Below, piece after piece: positions 1-10,707 of a stretch of 64,000 nt of DNA. The stretch comes from Candidatus Deferrimicrobiaceae bacterium. GTDB taxonomy: Bacteria; Desulfobacterota; Deferrimicrobia; Deferrimicrobiales; Deferrimicrobiaceae. A program made the position numbers and the translations under genes. Each line of letters begins with the position of its first letter. The first letter of the stretch is position 1. The stretch spans positions 256,001 to 320,000 of the forward strand of contig CAWBVY010000006.1 in the NCBI GenBank assembly GCA_963792415.1, given 5' to 3'. The notes under the pieces were generated by a model, which had not been told where the DNA came from, did no database searches, and saw only the letters and a program-made list of their open reading frames with translations.

Positions 1-423
1 ATGGTCAGGTTTCACATGAAGACTCTTGGTGCATCCTTCCGAAATATTATCGGTTTTGCCTATGGACATATGGATCGGTTGGCGGATGCGCAGGAATTTA
101 TCCGCTTCTGTGACTCCCACGGCGTAAAGGCGATCCTTCACGGCCACAAGCACATCCCCATCGCGGGAAGAATCCCCGACCATCTGCTGGAAAACCGGCC
201 GATCCATGTTTTCGGATGTGGGAGCTCCGTGGGGAAAAACACGTACATGTACAAAAAACTGTTCAATGTGGACTATGAAATCTCATTGAACGAGATCGTT
301 CTCGACTTCCGGACGCACCTCCTGTCGGGGAGACTGATGGCGGAAACCCAGTACGAGAAGGGACTGGCGACGATGAAAACCCACCACGGATTTCTTTCCC
401 GGTCCGCCATCGGGCCTCCGTGA
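1..423 (+). CDS. C-terminal part of a metallophosphoesterase-family protein (5' truncated by the window edge)
   Basis: ILHGHKH motif (GHxH) followed by FGCGS; the frame is open at position 1. Confidence 0.55.
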   Translation: MVRFHMKTLGASFRNIIGFAYGHMDRLADAQEFIRFCDSHGVKAILHGHKHIPIAGRIPDHLLENRPIHVFGCGSSVGKNTYMYKKLFNVDYEISLNEIVLDFRTHLLSGRLMAETQYEKGLATMKTHHGFLSRSAIGPP

Positions 424-436
424 CCACCGGCCTTCC

Positions 437-985
437 CTACGGCAGGCTGAGAATGAGGGCCGTCTCGATCGTCGCCGCGACAACGAGGAGGGGGAATACG
501 ACGGCGAAATACCGCCGGAAGGCGTGCTCCATGTGGGTTTTGAGGGGGGTGCCTTCCTTCCCTCGCATTCTCCGGACGACCATCACGCCGAGCCACAGGC
601 CGTAGGAGGCCGCGATAAGAAGGGCCGGTATCTCGAACACCCCGTACGGCAAAACCTTAAGCGCCGCCTTCGAGTAACCGGACACCTCGGACGCCTGGCG
701 GTAAAGCACGCCCAGGCCGAACGCGTTGGAGCCGACGGCGAATGCCGGGATGATTCCGACGATCACGCCGAAGAGGACCACGAACAACGTCGCCATCACA
801 TTCTGCACGAGGATACTGAAGAAAAGCATCCCGCCGGAAAGTTCCCGATAGTCCCCCGCCATTGCCTGGAACATCTCGGTAATCTGCCGCCGGACGGGCG
901 AGGGGACAAAGGTACCTGCCAGGAAGGAGGCGGCGAAGATCAGGGTAAGAACCAGGATGTACGGTTTTATGGTCCGGTCGAACAT
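437..985 (-). CDS. SpoIIM/DUF95-family integral membrane protein
   Basis: Multi-TM protein with ILxQN, LPYGVFEIPA and AATIET motifs; the start could be 1000. Confidence 0.8.
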   Translation of the reverse strand: MFDRTIKPYILVLTLIFAASFLAGTFVPSPVRRQITEMFQAMAGDYRELSGGMLFFSILVQNVMATLFVVLFGVIVGIIPAFAVGSNAFGLGVLYRQASEVSGYSKAALKVLPYGVFEIPALLIAASYGLWLGVMVVRRMRGKEGTPLKTHMEHAFRRYFAVVFPLLVVAATIETALILSLP

Positions 986-1062
986 CCCCGCGAAATTCAA
1001 TTCGGCATCCTCACTCCCGATCTATGCGGTCCAGCGTTCCTGCCGAAACGCGGGAACGACCA

Positions 1063-2136
1063 TCACAAGGGCTTCGCCCGCTCGTATTGGGAAGGCCAGG
1101 GGAGGTCCACACCGAGGCTGCGGGCGGCATGGAGAGGCCAGTACGGATCCCGCAGGAATTCCCTCCCGATCATGATGGCATCCGCCAGGCCTGTCGAAAC
1201 GATCCGGTCGGCCTGCGCGGGTTCGGTGATCCAGCCGACGGCACCCGTCGCGATCCCCGCTTCCCGACGGATGGCCGCGGCGAAGGGCGTCTGAAATCCG
1301 GGACCCGCCGGAATCTTCGCGTCGGGAACGGCTCCGCCGCTGGAACAGTCGACCATGTCGATGCCGACCGTCTTCATCTCCCGCGCCAGCGCAATGGTCT
1401 GTGGAAGATCCCACCCTTCCTCGACCCAGTCCGTGGCGGAGACGCGAACGAACACCGGCAGCCGTTCCGGCCACTCCTCGCGGACGGCGCGGGCCACGGA
1501 GACGGGGAAGCGGAGACGATTTTCCAGGCTTCCGCCCCAGGCATCCGTCCTCCGGTTGGTCAACGGGGAGAGGAATTCGTGCAGGAGGTACCCGTGCGCC
1601 ATGTGAACCTCGACAACCTCGAACCCCGCCTCCCGTCCGTGGCGGGCGGCGGAGGAAAACGCGGCGCGGACGCGTTCCATATCCGCCTCCGTCATTTCCC
1701 GGGGGACGGCGTATCCTTCCGCGAATGGGATCGGGCTGGGAGCGATCGGTTGCCATCCCCCGCTCCCGGCGTCCAGCGGCTTTCCCCCGCGCCAGGGGAC
1801 ATCGGTCGAGGCTTTCCTGCCGGCGTGCGCGATCTGGAGTCCGGCCACGGCCCCGTGCTGCCGGAGGAAGCCGGCGACTCTGCGGAACGCCGCAGCCTGT
1901 TCCCGGGACCAGATCCCCGTATCGAAGGGGGTGATCCGTCCTTCCGGGGAAACCGCCGTGGCTTCGGTCATCACCAGGGCGGCGCCTCCGATCGCCCGAC
2001 TCCCCAGGTGCACCAGGTGCCAATCGGCCGGAATTCCATCGACGGCGGAATACTGGCACATCGGGGAGACGAAGATCCGGTTCCTGAATGTCGACTCCCT
2101 CAGGCGAAGGGGGGAAAACAGGCGCGCCCCGCTCAT
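1063..2136 (-). CDS. NADH:flavin oxidoreductase (old yellow enzyme, YqjM/NamA-like)
   Basis: SPMCQYSA, QIAHAGRKAS, HMAHGYLLHEFLSP, C-terminal WPSQYER. Confidence 0.93.
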   Translation of the reverse strand: MSGARLFSPLRLRESTFRNRIFVSPMCQYSAVDGIPADWHLVHLGSRAIGGAALVMTEATAVSPEGRITPFDTGIWSREQAAAFRRVAGFLRQHGAVAGLQIAHAGRKASTDVPWRGGKPLDAGSGGWQPIAPSPIPFAEGYAVPREMTEADMERVRAAFSSAARHGREAGFEVVEVHMAHGYLLHEFLSPLTNRRTDAWGGSLENRLRFPVSVARAVREEWPERLPVFVRVSATDWVEEGWDLPQTIALAREMKTVGIDMVDCSSGGAVPDAKIPAGPGFQTPFAAAIRREAGIATGAVGWITEPAQADRIVSTGLADAIMIGREFLRDPYWPLHAARSLGVDLPWPSQYERAKPL

Positions 2137-2224
2137 GTCGACATCCTCCTCCCCCCGTCAACCTGGCGTCGCATTCCTGCCCTCCCATGACACTCTCTCC
2201 GAATACGGTTCCCCGCGGGACCCG

Positions 2225-2986
2225 TCATGGATAATCTTGACGCGTAGGACGGACGACGACGTCGCAGATGTGCACGTGAGGCGGCCGGGTGACGATGTAG
2301 TGTATGGCGTCCGCCACGTCGTCGCCCCGCAACAACGGGCCGAATTTTTCCTGAAAGCCGCGTACCATCTCGTCGTTGTACCCCGCACCCGCCTGAAACC
2401 CGCTGAGCACGACGCCGGGCTCCACCAGCGAAACGCGAACGCCTTTCGGTCCCACCTCCCGGCGCAACCCTTCCGCCAGCGCATGCACGGCGAATTTCGT
2501 GGCGCCATATACCGCGCTGAAGGGAGATATGTGCCGCCCCACCACCGACCCGACGATGACGATATCCGCCGCCGCCTGCGGGTAGGCGCTCTGCTGCCCG
2601 TCCACCATCCTCTGCGCGGCTTTCTGCAGCAACGCGAGGGTGCCGGTCACGTTGATTTTCACCGTCTCCTCGAATTGCGCCAGGTCGGCGTCCTTGACCG
2701 ATCCCCCCAGACCCCTCCCCGCGTTGGCGACGACAATGTCGGCCCGTTTGCCGAAACGCTCGATTGCCGCGGCAAAGAGCCGCTCAAGGACGGTGGCATC
2801 GGAAGCGTCCCCCGCGACACCGCGGAACGCGGCGCCGATCTCCTTTTCCATCGCGGCAAGCACCGCGGCGCCGCGCCCGTTTCCAACCACGCCGAAGCCG
2901 GAAGCCGCGAATTTCCTGGCGGTGGCCTCGCCGATTCCGGACGTGGCGCCGGTCACGATCGCGATGCGCGAATATTTCCCGGACAT
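2225..2986 (-). CDS. SDR family oxidoreductase (YdfG-like)
   Basis: TGATSGIG, ANAG, YGATK, RPPHV...VRP. Confidence 0.9.
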   Translation of the reverse strand: MSGKYSRIAIVTGATSGIGEATARKFAASGFGVVGNGRGAAVLAAMEKEIGAAFRGVAGDASDATVLERLFAAAIERFGKRADIVVANAGRGLGGSVKDADLAQFEETVKINVTGTLALLQKAAQRMVDGQQSAYPQAAADIVIVGSVVGRHISPFSAVYGATKFAVHALAEGLRREVGPKGVRVSLVEPGVVLSGFQAGAGYNDEMVRGFQEKFGPLLRGDDVADAIHYIVTRPPHVHICDVVVRPTRQDYP

Positions 2987-3098
2987 GGTATTCCCCCTGT
3001 TGCGGTCTGCGCGGTTTCCCTCCGCCTTCCTGCATGATAATGGAGATGGAAGCCAGGTGTGTCGGAAAAGCGAACATTTGCCGGAAGGGAGGGATCCC

Positions 3099-3845
3099 GT
3101 GAACCCCAAGGTGCTCTCCGTTAACCGCTTGCGACGGCTCTACGGCGACACGGTCGCGGTGGACGACATCTCCTTCGATGTCGGGCAAGGGGAAATCGTC
3201 GGTCTCCTGGGGCCGAACGGGGCCGGGAAGACGACCACCATCAACATGATCCTGGGGGTCCTCGAGCCGACCTCGGGGACGATCCGCATCGAAGGCGCCG
3301 ACATCGCCGCAAGCCGTGTCCGGGCGCTTGAGCGCACCAACTTCGCGGCCGTCTACGCCCCGCTTCCCGGCAACCTGACCGTGCACCAGAACCTGCGCGT
3401 CTTCGGACTGATGTACGGGGTGAAGGAACTTCCGGAGCGGATCGAGGCGTTGCTGGAACAGTTCGACCTCAAGAGACTCCGGCACGCCAAGTGCGGCGTC
3501 CTCTCGTCCGGTGAGCAAACCCGCGTGAGCCTCGCCAAGGCGATGATCAACCGACCGCGCCTTCTGCTCCTGGACGAGCCGACCGCGTCGCTCGACCCCG
3601 CCGTGGCAAGCGATATCCGCGCCCAGGTTCACGAGTTCGTCTCACGGGACCAGGTGGGGGTGCTCTGGACCTCGCACAACATGCACGAGGTCGCGGACGT
3701 CTGCGACCGCGTGCTCTTTCTCTCCCGCGGGAGGATTCTCCTCGAGGGGGACCCGGGAACCTTGCCGCGCGCGCACGGCAAGGAGACGCTCGAGGAGCTC
3801 TTCATCGCCGTGGCCCGCGAGCCGCTCGCGCTGAAGCGGACCTGA
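3099..3845 (+). CDS. ABC transporter ATP-binding protein
   Basis: GPNGAGKTT, LSSGE, LLLDEPT; GTG start after GGGAGG. Confidence 0.92.
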   Translation: MNPKVLSVNRLRRLYGDTVAVDDISFDVGQGEIVGLLGPNGAGKTTTINMILGVLEPTSGTIRIEGADIAASRVRALERTNFAAVYAPLPGNLTVHQNLRVFGLMYGVKELPERIEALLEQFDLKRLRHAKCGVLSSGEQTRVSLAKAMINRPRLLLLDEPTASLDPAVASDIRAQVHEFVSRDQVGVLWTSHNMHEVADVCDRVLFLSRGRILLEGDPGTLPRAHGKETLEELFIAVAREPLALKRT

Positions 3846-3847
3846 GC

Positions 3848-4654
3848 ATGGCGTCCTTTCGCCGCACCGCCGCGATCGTGCTTCGGCAGTTCTATCTCAT
3901 GCGCGGAAGTCCGGTGCGCGTGCTTCCGATCTTCGCGTGGGTCGCCGTCGACATCGTGCTGTGGGGATTCATCACCCGGTATCTCAACGCGATCGCCTCG
4001 CCCGGTTTCGATTTCGTCCCGGTGCTCCTGGGCGCCATCCTTCTTTGGGACTTCTTCACCCGGGTCATGCACGGCGTGAGCATCGCGTTCCTGGAGGATG
4101 TCTGGTCGCACAACTTCCTCAACCTTTTCGCGTCGCCGCTCTCGATCCGGGAGTACGTCGGCGGCCTCGTGCTCACCAGCATCGCGACGAGCGCGTTGGG
4201 GCTCCTCACAATGGTCGTCCTGGCGACCACGGTCTTCGGGCTGTCCTTCTTCGTCTACGGGCTCCTGCTCGTCCCGTTCCTTCTCGTGCTCTTCCTGTTC
4301 GGGATCGCCCTCGGCATCTTCGCGAGCGCGCTCGTGCTCCGCTTCGGGCCCGCGTCCGAGTGGATCGTCTGGCCCATCCCCGCCTTCCTCTCCCCCTTCG
4401 CCGCGGTCTTCTACCCGGTATCGACGCTCCCGCCGTGGATGCAACAGGTCTCCCGCCTGCTGCCCCCTTCGTACGTGTTCGAGGGGATGCGAGCGATCGT
4501 CTCGGGCGGCGCGTATCGGGGAACCACGCTGTTGTTGAGCGGCTGCCTCGCGGGTCTATACATCCTGCTTGCTTCTTGGTGCTTCACCCGCATCCATCGC
4601 CACGCGGTTCGCACCGGGCTGCTCGCCCGCTACAGCGCCGAAAGCACAGGCTAG
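3848..4654 (+). CDS. ABC-2 type transporter permease
   Basis: About 6 TM segments, FYPVSTLPPW motif, directly after the ATPase gene. Confidence 0.9.
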   Translation: MASFRRTAAIVLRQFYLMRGSPVRVLPIFAWVAVDIVLWGFITRYLNAIASPGFDFVPVLLGAILLWDFFTRVMHGVSIAFLEDVWSHNFLNLFASPLSIREYVGGLVLTSIATSALGLLTMVVLATTVFGLSFFVYGLLLVPFLLVLFLFGIALGIFASALVLRFGPASEWIVWPIPAFLSPFAAVFYPVSTLPPWMQQVSRLLPPSYVFEGMRAIVSGGAYRGTTLLLSGCLAGLYILLASWCFTRIHRHAVRTGLLARYSAESTG

Positions 4655-6480
4655 TCCGGTTCGAGCCAGGCCCGTCCCGCCTGATCCAGGCACTCCCTGG
4701 CGTGCATGTACCCGATCTCCACGGCCCGGTCGAACGCGCCCCAGTCGAGGAAACCGATCTTCCGCACCTTTGGGCGGAAGCGGATGTCCGCGTCCGCGAG
4801 CGCCTTCGCGTGCTTCTCGTGGTTCCCGAGAAGCGTCGCCTGGAAGACGATGCTCGGAAGATCGGGGACCCGGAACCGTTTCCCGCGCGTGACATACCGG
4901 TCCTTGAAGAGTTCCCAGTTCGAAGGGAAGACCTGATAGCCCAGTCGATACTGCTTGTCCAGGTCCATGTCGCAGGCGATCACCACGCCGGCGCCGAATT
5001 CCCTGGCGGCGGACACGGGAAGGTTGTCGAGGGTTCCCCCGTCGATGTGCAGGTGGTCGCCGTAGACGACCGGCGGGAAGACCCCCGGCAGCGACGCGCT
5101 CGCGCGCAGAGCCTTCCACAGCGGACCGCGGTCGTGAACCGCCACGGTTCCAGTCGTGAGATTGCTCGAAGCGCAGTAGAACGGGATCCAGAGATCCTCG
5201 ATGTCGCCCCCGCCGAAGTGACCCTTGAGACGGGAGTCCATCCGTTCCCCGCTGAAAAACGACACCAGCGGGAGGAGGCTGAATCCCCCCATCGGATTTC
5301 CGTGCGAGAAAGCCTGGAAGCATTTCCGGCGGTAGGTCTCGAAGTCCCAGTCCGCAGCGATCCCGGCGGCGAGGATGGCCCCCATGCTCGTCCCCCCGAC
5401 CATGTCGATGGGGATCGAGGCCTCCTTGAGCGCTTTCAGGACGCCGATGTGCGCAAACCCCTTGGCGCCGCCCCCCGAAAAGACGATCGCGACCCCCTTG
5501 CCTGCCAGAAGCCTCGCCAGGCGTTCCATGTCCGTCCCACGATCCCAGCGAAGATGGTGGTGCCGGACCGACCCCCTGGGATCGAGCCATCGACTGGTGC
5601 CGGAGGGCCCGTCGCCTTCCTTCGCATGGACCATAACGAGATCGCGGGACGCGCTCGCGAACGGTCCGTCGTCCACCAGGAGGGCTGCCTCGACTCCCCT
5701 GGGGGCGGGATCTTCCTGCGCCGCCGCGACGACGAGCACGCGATCCGCCTGCCTGAGACAGCGCCGGGTCCACGGAGTATCCGTCGCCTCCGCCTCGTAC
5801 AGCAGGAAACGGTGTCTTCCCTCCTGTTCGTCGAGCCATGAAGCCAGGTACCGGTCCGCCTCCGTGCCGGAAGCAGACGGGGGGATTCCGGCAAGCGGCT
5901 CCAACCGCTCCCGGCTGAGGTGGAGGATCGATCCGTGCGTACCGAGAGACGCCGAGAAACGCCGGAGAAACTCCTCCCGGGGTACGCCCTCCCCGGCGAA
6001 GACCACGGCAACGCTCCGGATCCGGGAGTTGCGACCCAGGCCGCGCTCAAACCGGGTCAATCGGCGGACGACCAGCCTGGAAAGGTTCTGGAGGAGTTCG
6101 GGCTGGGACCGGATCAATCTCTCGAACGTCGCCTTCGACAGGCGGATCAGGACGGAGTCCCGGATCGCCGCGATGCCGGCGCTGCGCGGCTCCCCCGTGA
6201 TCAGGGCCATCTCGCCGACGCTCTCGCCGCGGGAGATCTCCCCCAGCACCCGCTCGTCCCCGCCGTCGGCACGACCGACGGCCCGCAGGCGTCCGCCCAT
6301 CACCAGGTACATGGAGTCGCCCGGGTCCCCTTGGGAGAACAGCCGCTCCCCTCCCTTCAGGTGGACCACCTCGAGGTTTTCCTCGATTTCCCGGTACGAC
6401 TCGGGGGATAGCGTCCCGAAGAGCGAGACGAGCGTGCGGTCGAGCACCTCCCTGCGAACCGGATCCCGCCGTTGTCCCAT
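4651..6480 (-). CDS. cNMP-binding domain plus patatin-like phospholipase (NTE family)
   Basis: GEMAL...PRSA cNMP motif; GGGAKG, GTSMG and DGG patatin motifs. Confidence 0.92.
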   Translation of the reverse strand: MGQRRDPVRREVLDRTLVSLFGTLSPESYREIEENLEVVHLKGGERLFSQGDPGDSMYLVMGGRLRAVGRADGGDERVLGEISRGESVGEMALITGEPRSAGIAAIRDSVLIRLSKATFERLIRSQPELLQNLSRLVVRRLTRFERGLGRNSRIRSVAVVFAGEGVPREEFLRRFSASLGTHGSILHLSRERLEPLAGIPPSASGTEADRYLASWLDEQEGRHRFLLYEAEATDTPWTRRCLRQADRVLVVAAAQEDPAPRGVEAALLVDDGPFASASRDLVMVHAKEGDGPSGTSRWLDPRGSVRHHHLRWDRGTDMERLARLLAGKGVAIVFSGGGAKGFAHIGVLKALKEASIPIDMVGGTSMGAILAAGIAADWDFETYRRKCFQAFSHGNPMGGFSLLPLVSFFSGERMDSRLKGHFGGGDIEDLWIPFYCASSNLTTGTVAVHDRGPLWKALRASASLPGVFPPVVYGDHLHIDGGTLDNLPVSAAREFGAGVVIACDMDLDKQYRLGYQVFPSNWELFKDRYVTRGKRFRVPDLPSIVFQATLLGNHEKHAKALADADIRFRPKVRKIGFLDWGAFDRAVEIGYMHARECLDQAGRAWLEPD

Positions 6481-6572
6481 TTCTTCCCGCCTGTTTCCGT
6501 CGTTTCCGTACCTACTCTCGATGCGCCGGGCGGGAGAACGGATTCCCCACGGATGGCGTTTTCAGGACAACA

Positions 6573-6992
6573 TCACTCTCCGATGATCTTGACCAGCACC
6601 CGCTTGCGCCTCCCGCCGTCGAACTCGCCGTAGAAGATCTTCTCCCACGGGCCGAAGTCGAGATCGCCCCCTGTCACCGCGACCACCACCTCGCGCCCCA
6701 TCACCTGGCGCTTGAGGTGCGCATCCCCATTGTCCTCTCCCGTCCGGTTGTGGAGGTACTGCGATATCGGCTCGTGAGGCGCGATCCGCTCCAGCCAGCG
6801 TTCATAGTCATTGTGGAGACCGGTTTCGTCGTCGTTGATGAAGACGGACGCCGTGATATGCATCGCGTTGCACAGCAGAAGTCCATCTTGGATTCCGCTC
6901 TCTCGAAGGCATGCCTCGACTTGCGGCGTGATGTTGACGAATGCCCGTCTTCCGGGAACGTTGAACCAAAGCTCCTTCCGGTAGCTCTTCAT
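6573..6992 (-). CDS. yjbQ: YjbQ/UPF0047 family protein
   Basis: [24 protein letters not shown] motifs. Confidence 0.9.
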   Translation of the reverse strand: MKSYRKELWFNVPGRRAFVNITPQVEACLRESGIQDGLLLCNAMHITASVFINDDETGLHNDYERWLERIAPHEPISQYLHNRTGEDNGDAHLKRQVMGREVVVAVTGGDLDFGPWEKIFYGEFDGGRRKRVLVKIIGE

Positions 6993-7178
6993 TCGCCTAC
7001 CTCCCTCGTTTCCTTCAGGTTGCGATTCCACTCGACCGGAACCCGTCCCTGTCCGACATGCCGGTTCCTATTTCGACGGCGTTCGCATCCGATTCCACCC
7101 AACCCTTTGCCGTCCTATATTTCATCGTACAGCGCATTATGGTAAAAAAAACATATGCACTCTCCCGACGCATGCAAC

Positions 7179-8402
7179 ATGACGCGAACCGATGTGCGCC
7201 TTTTCCTTGCGATCGTCGCCGCCATGCTCGGACTGGCGGCGATGTCAACGGGCGCGGCCGCCGCGGACCGCTACGACGTATCCTATATCTGGTCGCAGGG
7301 TCTCTCCGGGGTCGAGGATTACCGCGACCGGGTGGCCGGAGTGCTGGGGCCGGGAGTGACCAAGAACCTAAAGATCGTTGCCAAGGACGACCTGTTCGGA
7401 CTGGTCTACGCGCGCCATGGTGACCGGACCGGGGCGGAACGGGTAGCGAACGTCCATACCCGACTGTTGCAATCGAGGGGACTGGAAGCTGCCAGCCCCG
7501 TGCGCTCGCAGGATTGGACGGTACTCGACAACAGTGACGCCCGCCTGGAGTCTTTCGCTTCGGTCATCGTTCCGCAGGGTTCCCGCAACGGGATGAAGGA
7601 TACCGAACGCAGTCGCGAGGACCTCGACCTCGAGGCTGCCGTCGAAGACTACATCGGTCGCTTGCGCCGGGAAGGCAAGATCAAGGACGACGAACGCACG
7701 GCCTGGTCGGTGTTCGATTTCACCTCCGGCGAAAAGTTGGTCAGCATCAATGAGGACGAGCAGTTCGAAGCGGCCAGCATGGTGAAGCTCTTCATTGCCG
7801 CCGCATTCTTTTGCAAGGTCGAGAAAGGCGAGTTGATTTACGGTAGCAAAAGTCGCCGACACATGGAGCTGGCGATCCAGCATTCGAACAACGCCTCCAG
7901 CAATTGGATGCTCCGAAAGATCGGCGGGCCGAAGGCGGCGGAACGCATATTGAAACGGGATTACCCCGGCATCTTCCAGGATACGCGCATCGTCGAGTAC
8001 ATCCCCCGCGGCGGGCGAACATATCGCAACGAGGCATCCCCCCACGACTACAGCCGTTTCCTGTATGCGATCTGGAAGGAGGACATCTTCGGGGCCCGCG
8101 AGATCAAACGCATAATGGCGCTGCCGGGCCCCGACAGGATCCACACTGGAGTAGCGAGCATCCCGAAAAGCGCCCGGGTTTACAACAAGACCGGCAGCAC
8201 CGCCCGCGTCTGCGGAGATGTGGGAATCCTCATTGCCAAGGGGCCGGACGGCAAGCGATACCCATATACCATGATCGGCATCATAGAGAAAGAACAGCGC
8301 GCCCGCGACTACACGACCTGGATCCGCTCCCGCGGCGCGGTGATCCGCAACGTGTCAGGAATCATTTACAAAGGCATTGTGAAGCGCCACGATATTTACT
8401 GA
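7179..8402 (+). CDS. Secreted serine hydrolase with a class A beta-lactamase-like fold and an N-terminal extension
   Basis: Signal peptide; SxxK (ASMVK), SNN and KTG motifs. Confidence 0.8.
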   Translation: MTRTDVRLFLAIVAAMLGLAAMSTGAAAADRYDVSYIWSQGLSGVEDYRDRVAGVLGPGVTKNLKIVAKDDLFGLVYARHGDRTGAERVANVHTRLLQSRGLEAASPVRSQDWTVLDNSDARLESFASVIVPQGSRNGMKDTERSREDLDLEAAVEDYIGRLRREGKIKDDERTAWSVFDFTSGEKLVSINEDEQFEAASMVKLFIAAAFFCKVEKGELIYGSKSRRHMELAIQHSNNASSNWMLRKIGGPKAAERILKRDYPGIFQDTRIVEYIPRGGRTYRNEASPHDYSRFLYAIWKEDIFGAREIKRIMALPGPDRIHTGVASIPKSARVYNKTGSTARVCGDVGILIAKGPDGKRYPYTMIGIIEKEQRARDYTTWIRSRGAVIRNVSGIIYKGIVKRHDIY

Positions 8403-8640
8403 GGTTTCGACAGTAGCGGCCGCCGGTCGATGGCGAAGCTGTCGATACTGGCTATCGGGGATGCCGCTTGTCGGGACCAGGTCGGTCATATCGTCTCCTG
8501 AAAAATGGTTGGACTTCTCGCAGGAAAGTGCCCAGGCAAACCCGAACATTTTACGGTCCATGGGGAAAAAACTTCAGGAAAAGGGAAAATTTCTACCCAG
8601 TAAGTACTCTTAATAATAAATGCTTATGCAGAGTTTACGC

Positions 8641-8668
8641 TTGACATGGGATCAGGGTTGCATATTCT
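8641..8668 (+). promoter_or_regulatory. Overlapping sigma70-like (TTGACA-N16-TATTCT) and sigma54-like (TGG-N10-GCA) promoter
   Basis: ttgacatgggatcagggttgcatattct, about 30 nt upstream of the 8696 ATG. Confidence 0.45.
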
Positions 8669-8695
8669 TACTGTAAATATAAAACAGGTGAGAAT

Positions 8696-8917
8696 ATGAA
8701 GACCTATACCGTCTATCGTGTTGACTACCTCACCAATAAGACAGAGCCCATCGGAACAGTAGTGGATCGTCGAAGGAGAGACAGGAATAATAACGCCGCA
8801 GATATGTTGCGATTGGCCCAGAAATTATTCGTAATGTCCTCGATCGATTCTCACATTTACATCAGCCCCTCCGATACCGATCATTTTGGCGCGTATAGGG
8901 CATCCTCGAACCGGTGA
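8696..8917 (+). CDS. Small hypothetical protein (RRRxDRxNN family, paralog of 23980-24174)
   Basis: RBS-like AGGTGAG; similar to two other small ORFs in the window. Confidence 0.7.
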   Translation: MKTYTVYRVDYLTNKTEPIGTVVDRRRRDRNNNAADMLRLAQKLFVMSSIDSHIYISPSDTDHFGAYRASSNR

Positions 8918-9161
8918 GGGGGATTGCTACACGCTGCCTGATCTCTGATTGTCGTATGTCCCAGGTGGGAAGGAGTATTTTCAATCCTTACTGAAGGACT
9001 GCTCCGCCCCACTCTCTTCTGTCTGAAAGAACGAAAATCCCGTCATCAATGTCATTACGCTGAAATGGAGCAGACATCGCCGGATATCCTCTTTAGCTTA
9101 GGCAAAATCCGGGTCGAAAGCCTGCGCGAGGGTGACCGTCGCCCGGCAGCGAAGCCGGTGG

Positions 9162-9815
9162 TCAGACCGCGAACCGCTGCACCGCGATGAAATGGCACGC
9201 GGTGCCCGCCATAACGAAAAGGTGCCAGACGAAGTGGCAGTAACGGACCCGCTTGGCCGCATAGAACCCCACGCCCACCGTATATGCGATGCCGCCCGCC
9301 AATAGCCAGGACAGACCCTCCGACGGCATGCGGAGCCACAACGGCTTTACCGCGACAACGATGAGCCAGCCCATGGCGAGATACAGGGACGTCGAGAGTT
9401 TCGGATACCGTACCCCTCCGACCGCCGTAAGCACGATGCCGACAAGAGCCAGACCCCACACGAGCCCGAACAGCGTCCAGCCCCACGCGCCGCGGAGCAC
9501 ACCGAGGGTGAACGGCGTATACGTGCCGGCGATCATGAGGAAGATCGCCGCGTGGTCGAGAATCTGAAATACCCGCTTGGCACGATTCCTCGGCAACGCG
9601 TGGTAGAGCGTGGATGTGAGGTACAGAAGGACCATGGCCGCCGCGAAGACGCTCGCGCCTGCGATTCGCGCGGCGTCCCCATGCCGGACGGCGGAATGAA
9701 GAAGGACAGGGGTGGCCGCTACCGCCGCCAGCAAGCCGACACCATGGCTGACGCTGTTGGCGATTTCCTCCCCGGGCGACGGCGTATGTTCAGGTGATGC
9801 GGGTGCTTTGGTCAT
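9162..9815 (-). CDS. Hemolysin III / PAQR (TrhA-like) membrane protein
   Basis: EEIANSVSHG, STLYH, DHAAIFLMIAGTYTP, HFVWHLFV. Confidence 0.93.
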   Translation of the reverse strand: MTKAPASPEHTPSPGEEIANSVSHGVGLLAAVAATPVLLHSAVRHGDAARIAGASVFAAAMVLLYLTSTLYHALPRNRAKRVFQILDHAAIFLMIAGTYTPFTLGVLRGAWGWTLFGLVWGLALVGIVLTAVGGVRYPKLSTSLYLAMGWLIVVAVKPLWLRMPSEGLSWLLAGGIAYTVGVGFYAAKRVRYCHFVWHLFVMAGTACHFIAVQRFAV

Positions 9816-9888
9816 TACTTCCCATCATAATGGAGATGGACCCGGATGGGATCGGGAACCGAACATTCTCCGGAGTGGAGGTGGAACG

Positions 9889-10563
9889 ATGTGCGGTCGG
9901 TTCACCCTGTTCGAAGCGGACAAGGTCCTGTCCAAGGAGTTCGGCGTCTCCGTCATCCCCCCGATCTCCCCGCGCTACAATATCGCCCCGTCGCAAGCCG
10001 TGGCGACATTGCGCGCAGCGCCGGCGGGCACCGGTCGCGAACTCGCCCTCCTGCGTTGGGGTCTCATCCCCTCATGGTCGAAAGACCCTTCGATCGGCAA
10101 CCGCCTGATCAACGCCCGCGCGGAAACCGCCCGGGAAAAACCGTCCTTCCGCAACGCGTTCCGCCGGCACCGTTGCCTGATCCCATCGAGCGGTTTCTAC
10201 GAGTGGCTGCGGCGGGAGCGCGGGAAACAGCCGTACTTTGTCCGGATGCGTGACGAGCACCCGTTCGCCTTCGCCGGATTGTGGGACCGGTGGGAAAGCC
10301 CGGACAAGGGTGTCATCGAAACGTGCACGATCCTGACGACAGCCGCGAACGCCGTCCTGGCCCCAATCCACGACCGGATGCCGGTGATCCTTCCCCCGAC
10401 GGAGTACGCGCGGTGGCTCGATCCGGCACTCCGGAACACGGATTCCCTGGGCCACCTTCTCGTTCCGTTCCCGCCGGAAGACATGGTGGCGTTTCCCGTG
10501 AGTACCCGGGTGAATGCCCCCTCCGTCGACGACGAGAAGTGCATCGCCCCTCTCGGGTCGTGA
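9889..10563 (+). CDS. SOS response-associated peptidase (SRAP/YedK, abasic-site protein)
   Basis: N-terminal MCGRF, RYNIAP, INARAET, GFYEW, HDRMP. Confidence 0.95.
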   Translation: MCGRFTLFEADKVLSKEFGVSVIPPISPRYNIAPSQAVATLRAAPAGTGRELALLRWGLIPSWSKDPSIGNRLINARAETAREKPSFRNAFRRHRCLIPSSGFYEWLRRERGKQPYFVRMRDEHPFAFAGLWDRWESPDKGVIETCTILTTAANAVLAPIHDRMPVILPPTEYARWLDPALRNTDSLGHLLVPFPPEDMVAFPVSTRVNAPSVDDEKCIAPLGS

Positions 10564-10707
10564 CCCGACCTTCAGGAGGCATCCGTCCAACGTGCCCCTC
10601 GGGTTTTCATTCCGGCACGATTCCGGCAACCTCTCCGATCAAGGCCAGGGTCACCCGCGGAACGGACGCGGTTCCCTCCGATACGAAACAGGAATCCATA
10701 GGCGGAC

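Noticed and set aside
3937-5841. Long alternative-frame and antisense ORFs (for example 3937-5841, 15422-16987, 20075-21649, 27902-29575)
   Set aside because: They are shadows of well-supported genes in high-GC DNA, Arg/Pro/Gly-rich and without motifs.
7179-8402. Antibiotic-resistance beta-lactamase
   Set aside because: It has SxxK/SxN/KTG but no clear class A omega-loop ExxLN motif and carries a long N-terminal extension; a cell-wall hydrolase is more likely.
9098-9160. Possible c-di-GMP (GEMM) riboswitch from GGCAAA...GAAA
   Set aside because: The P2 stem and downstream GCAAAGC/tetraloop-receptor elements are missing, and it lies between convergent genes.
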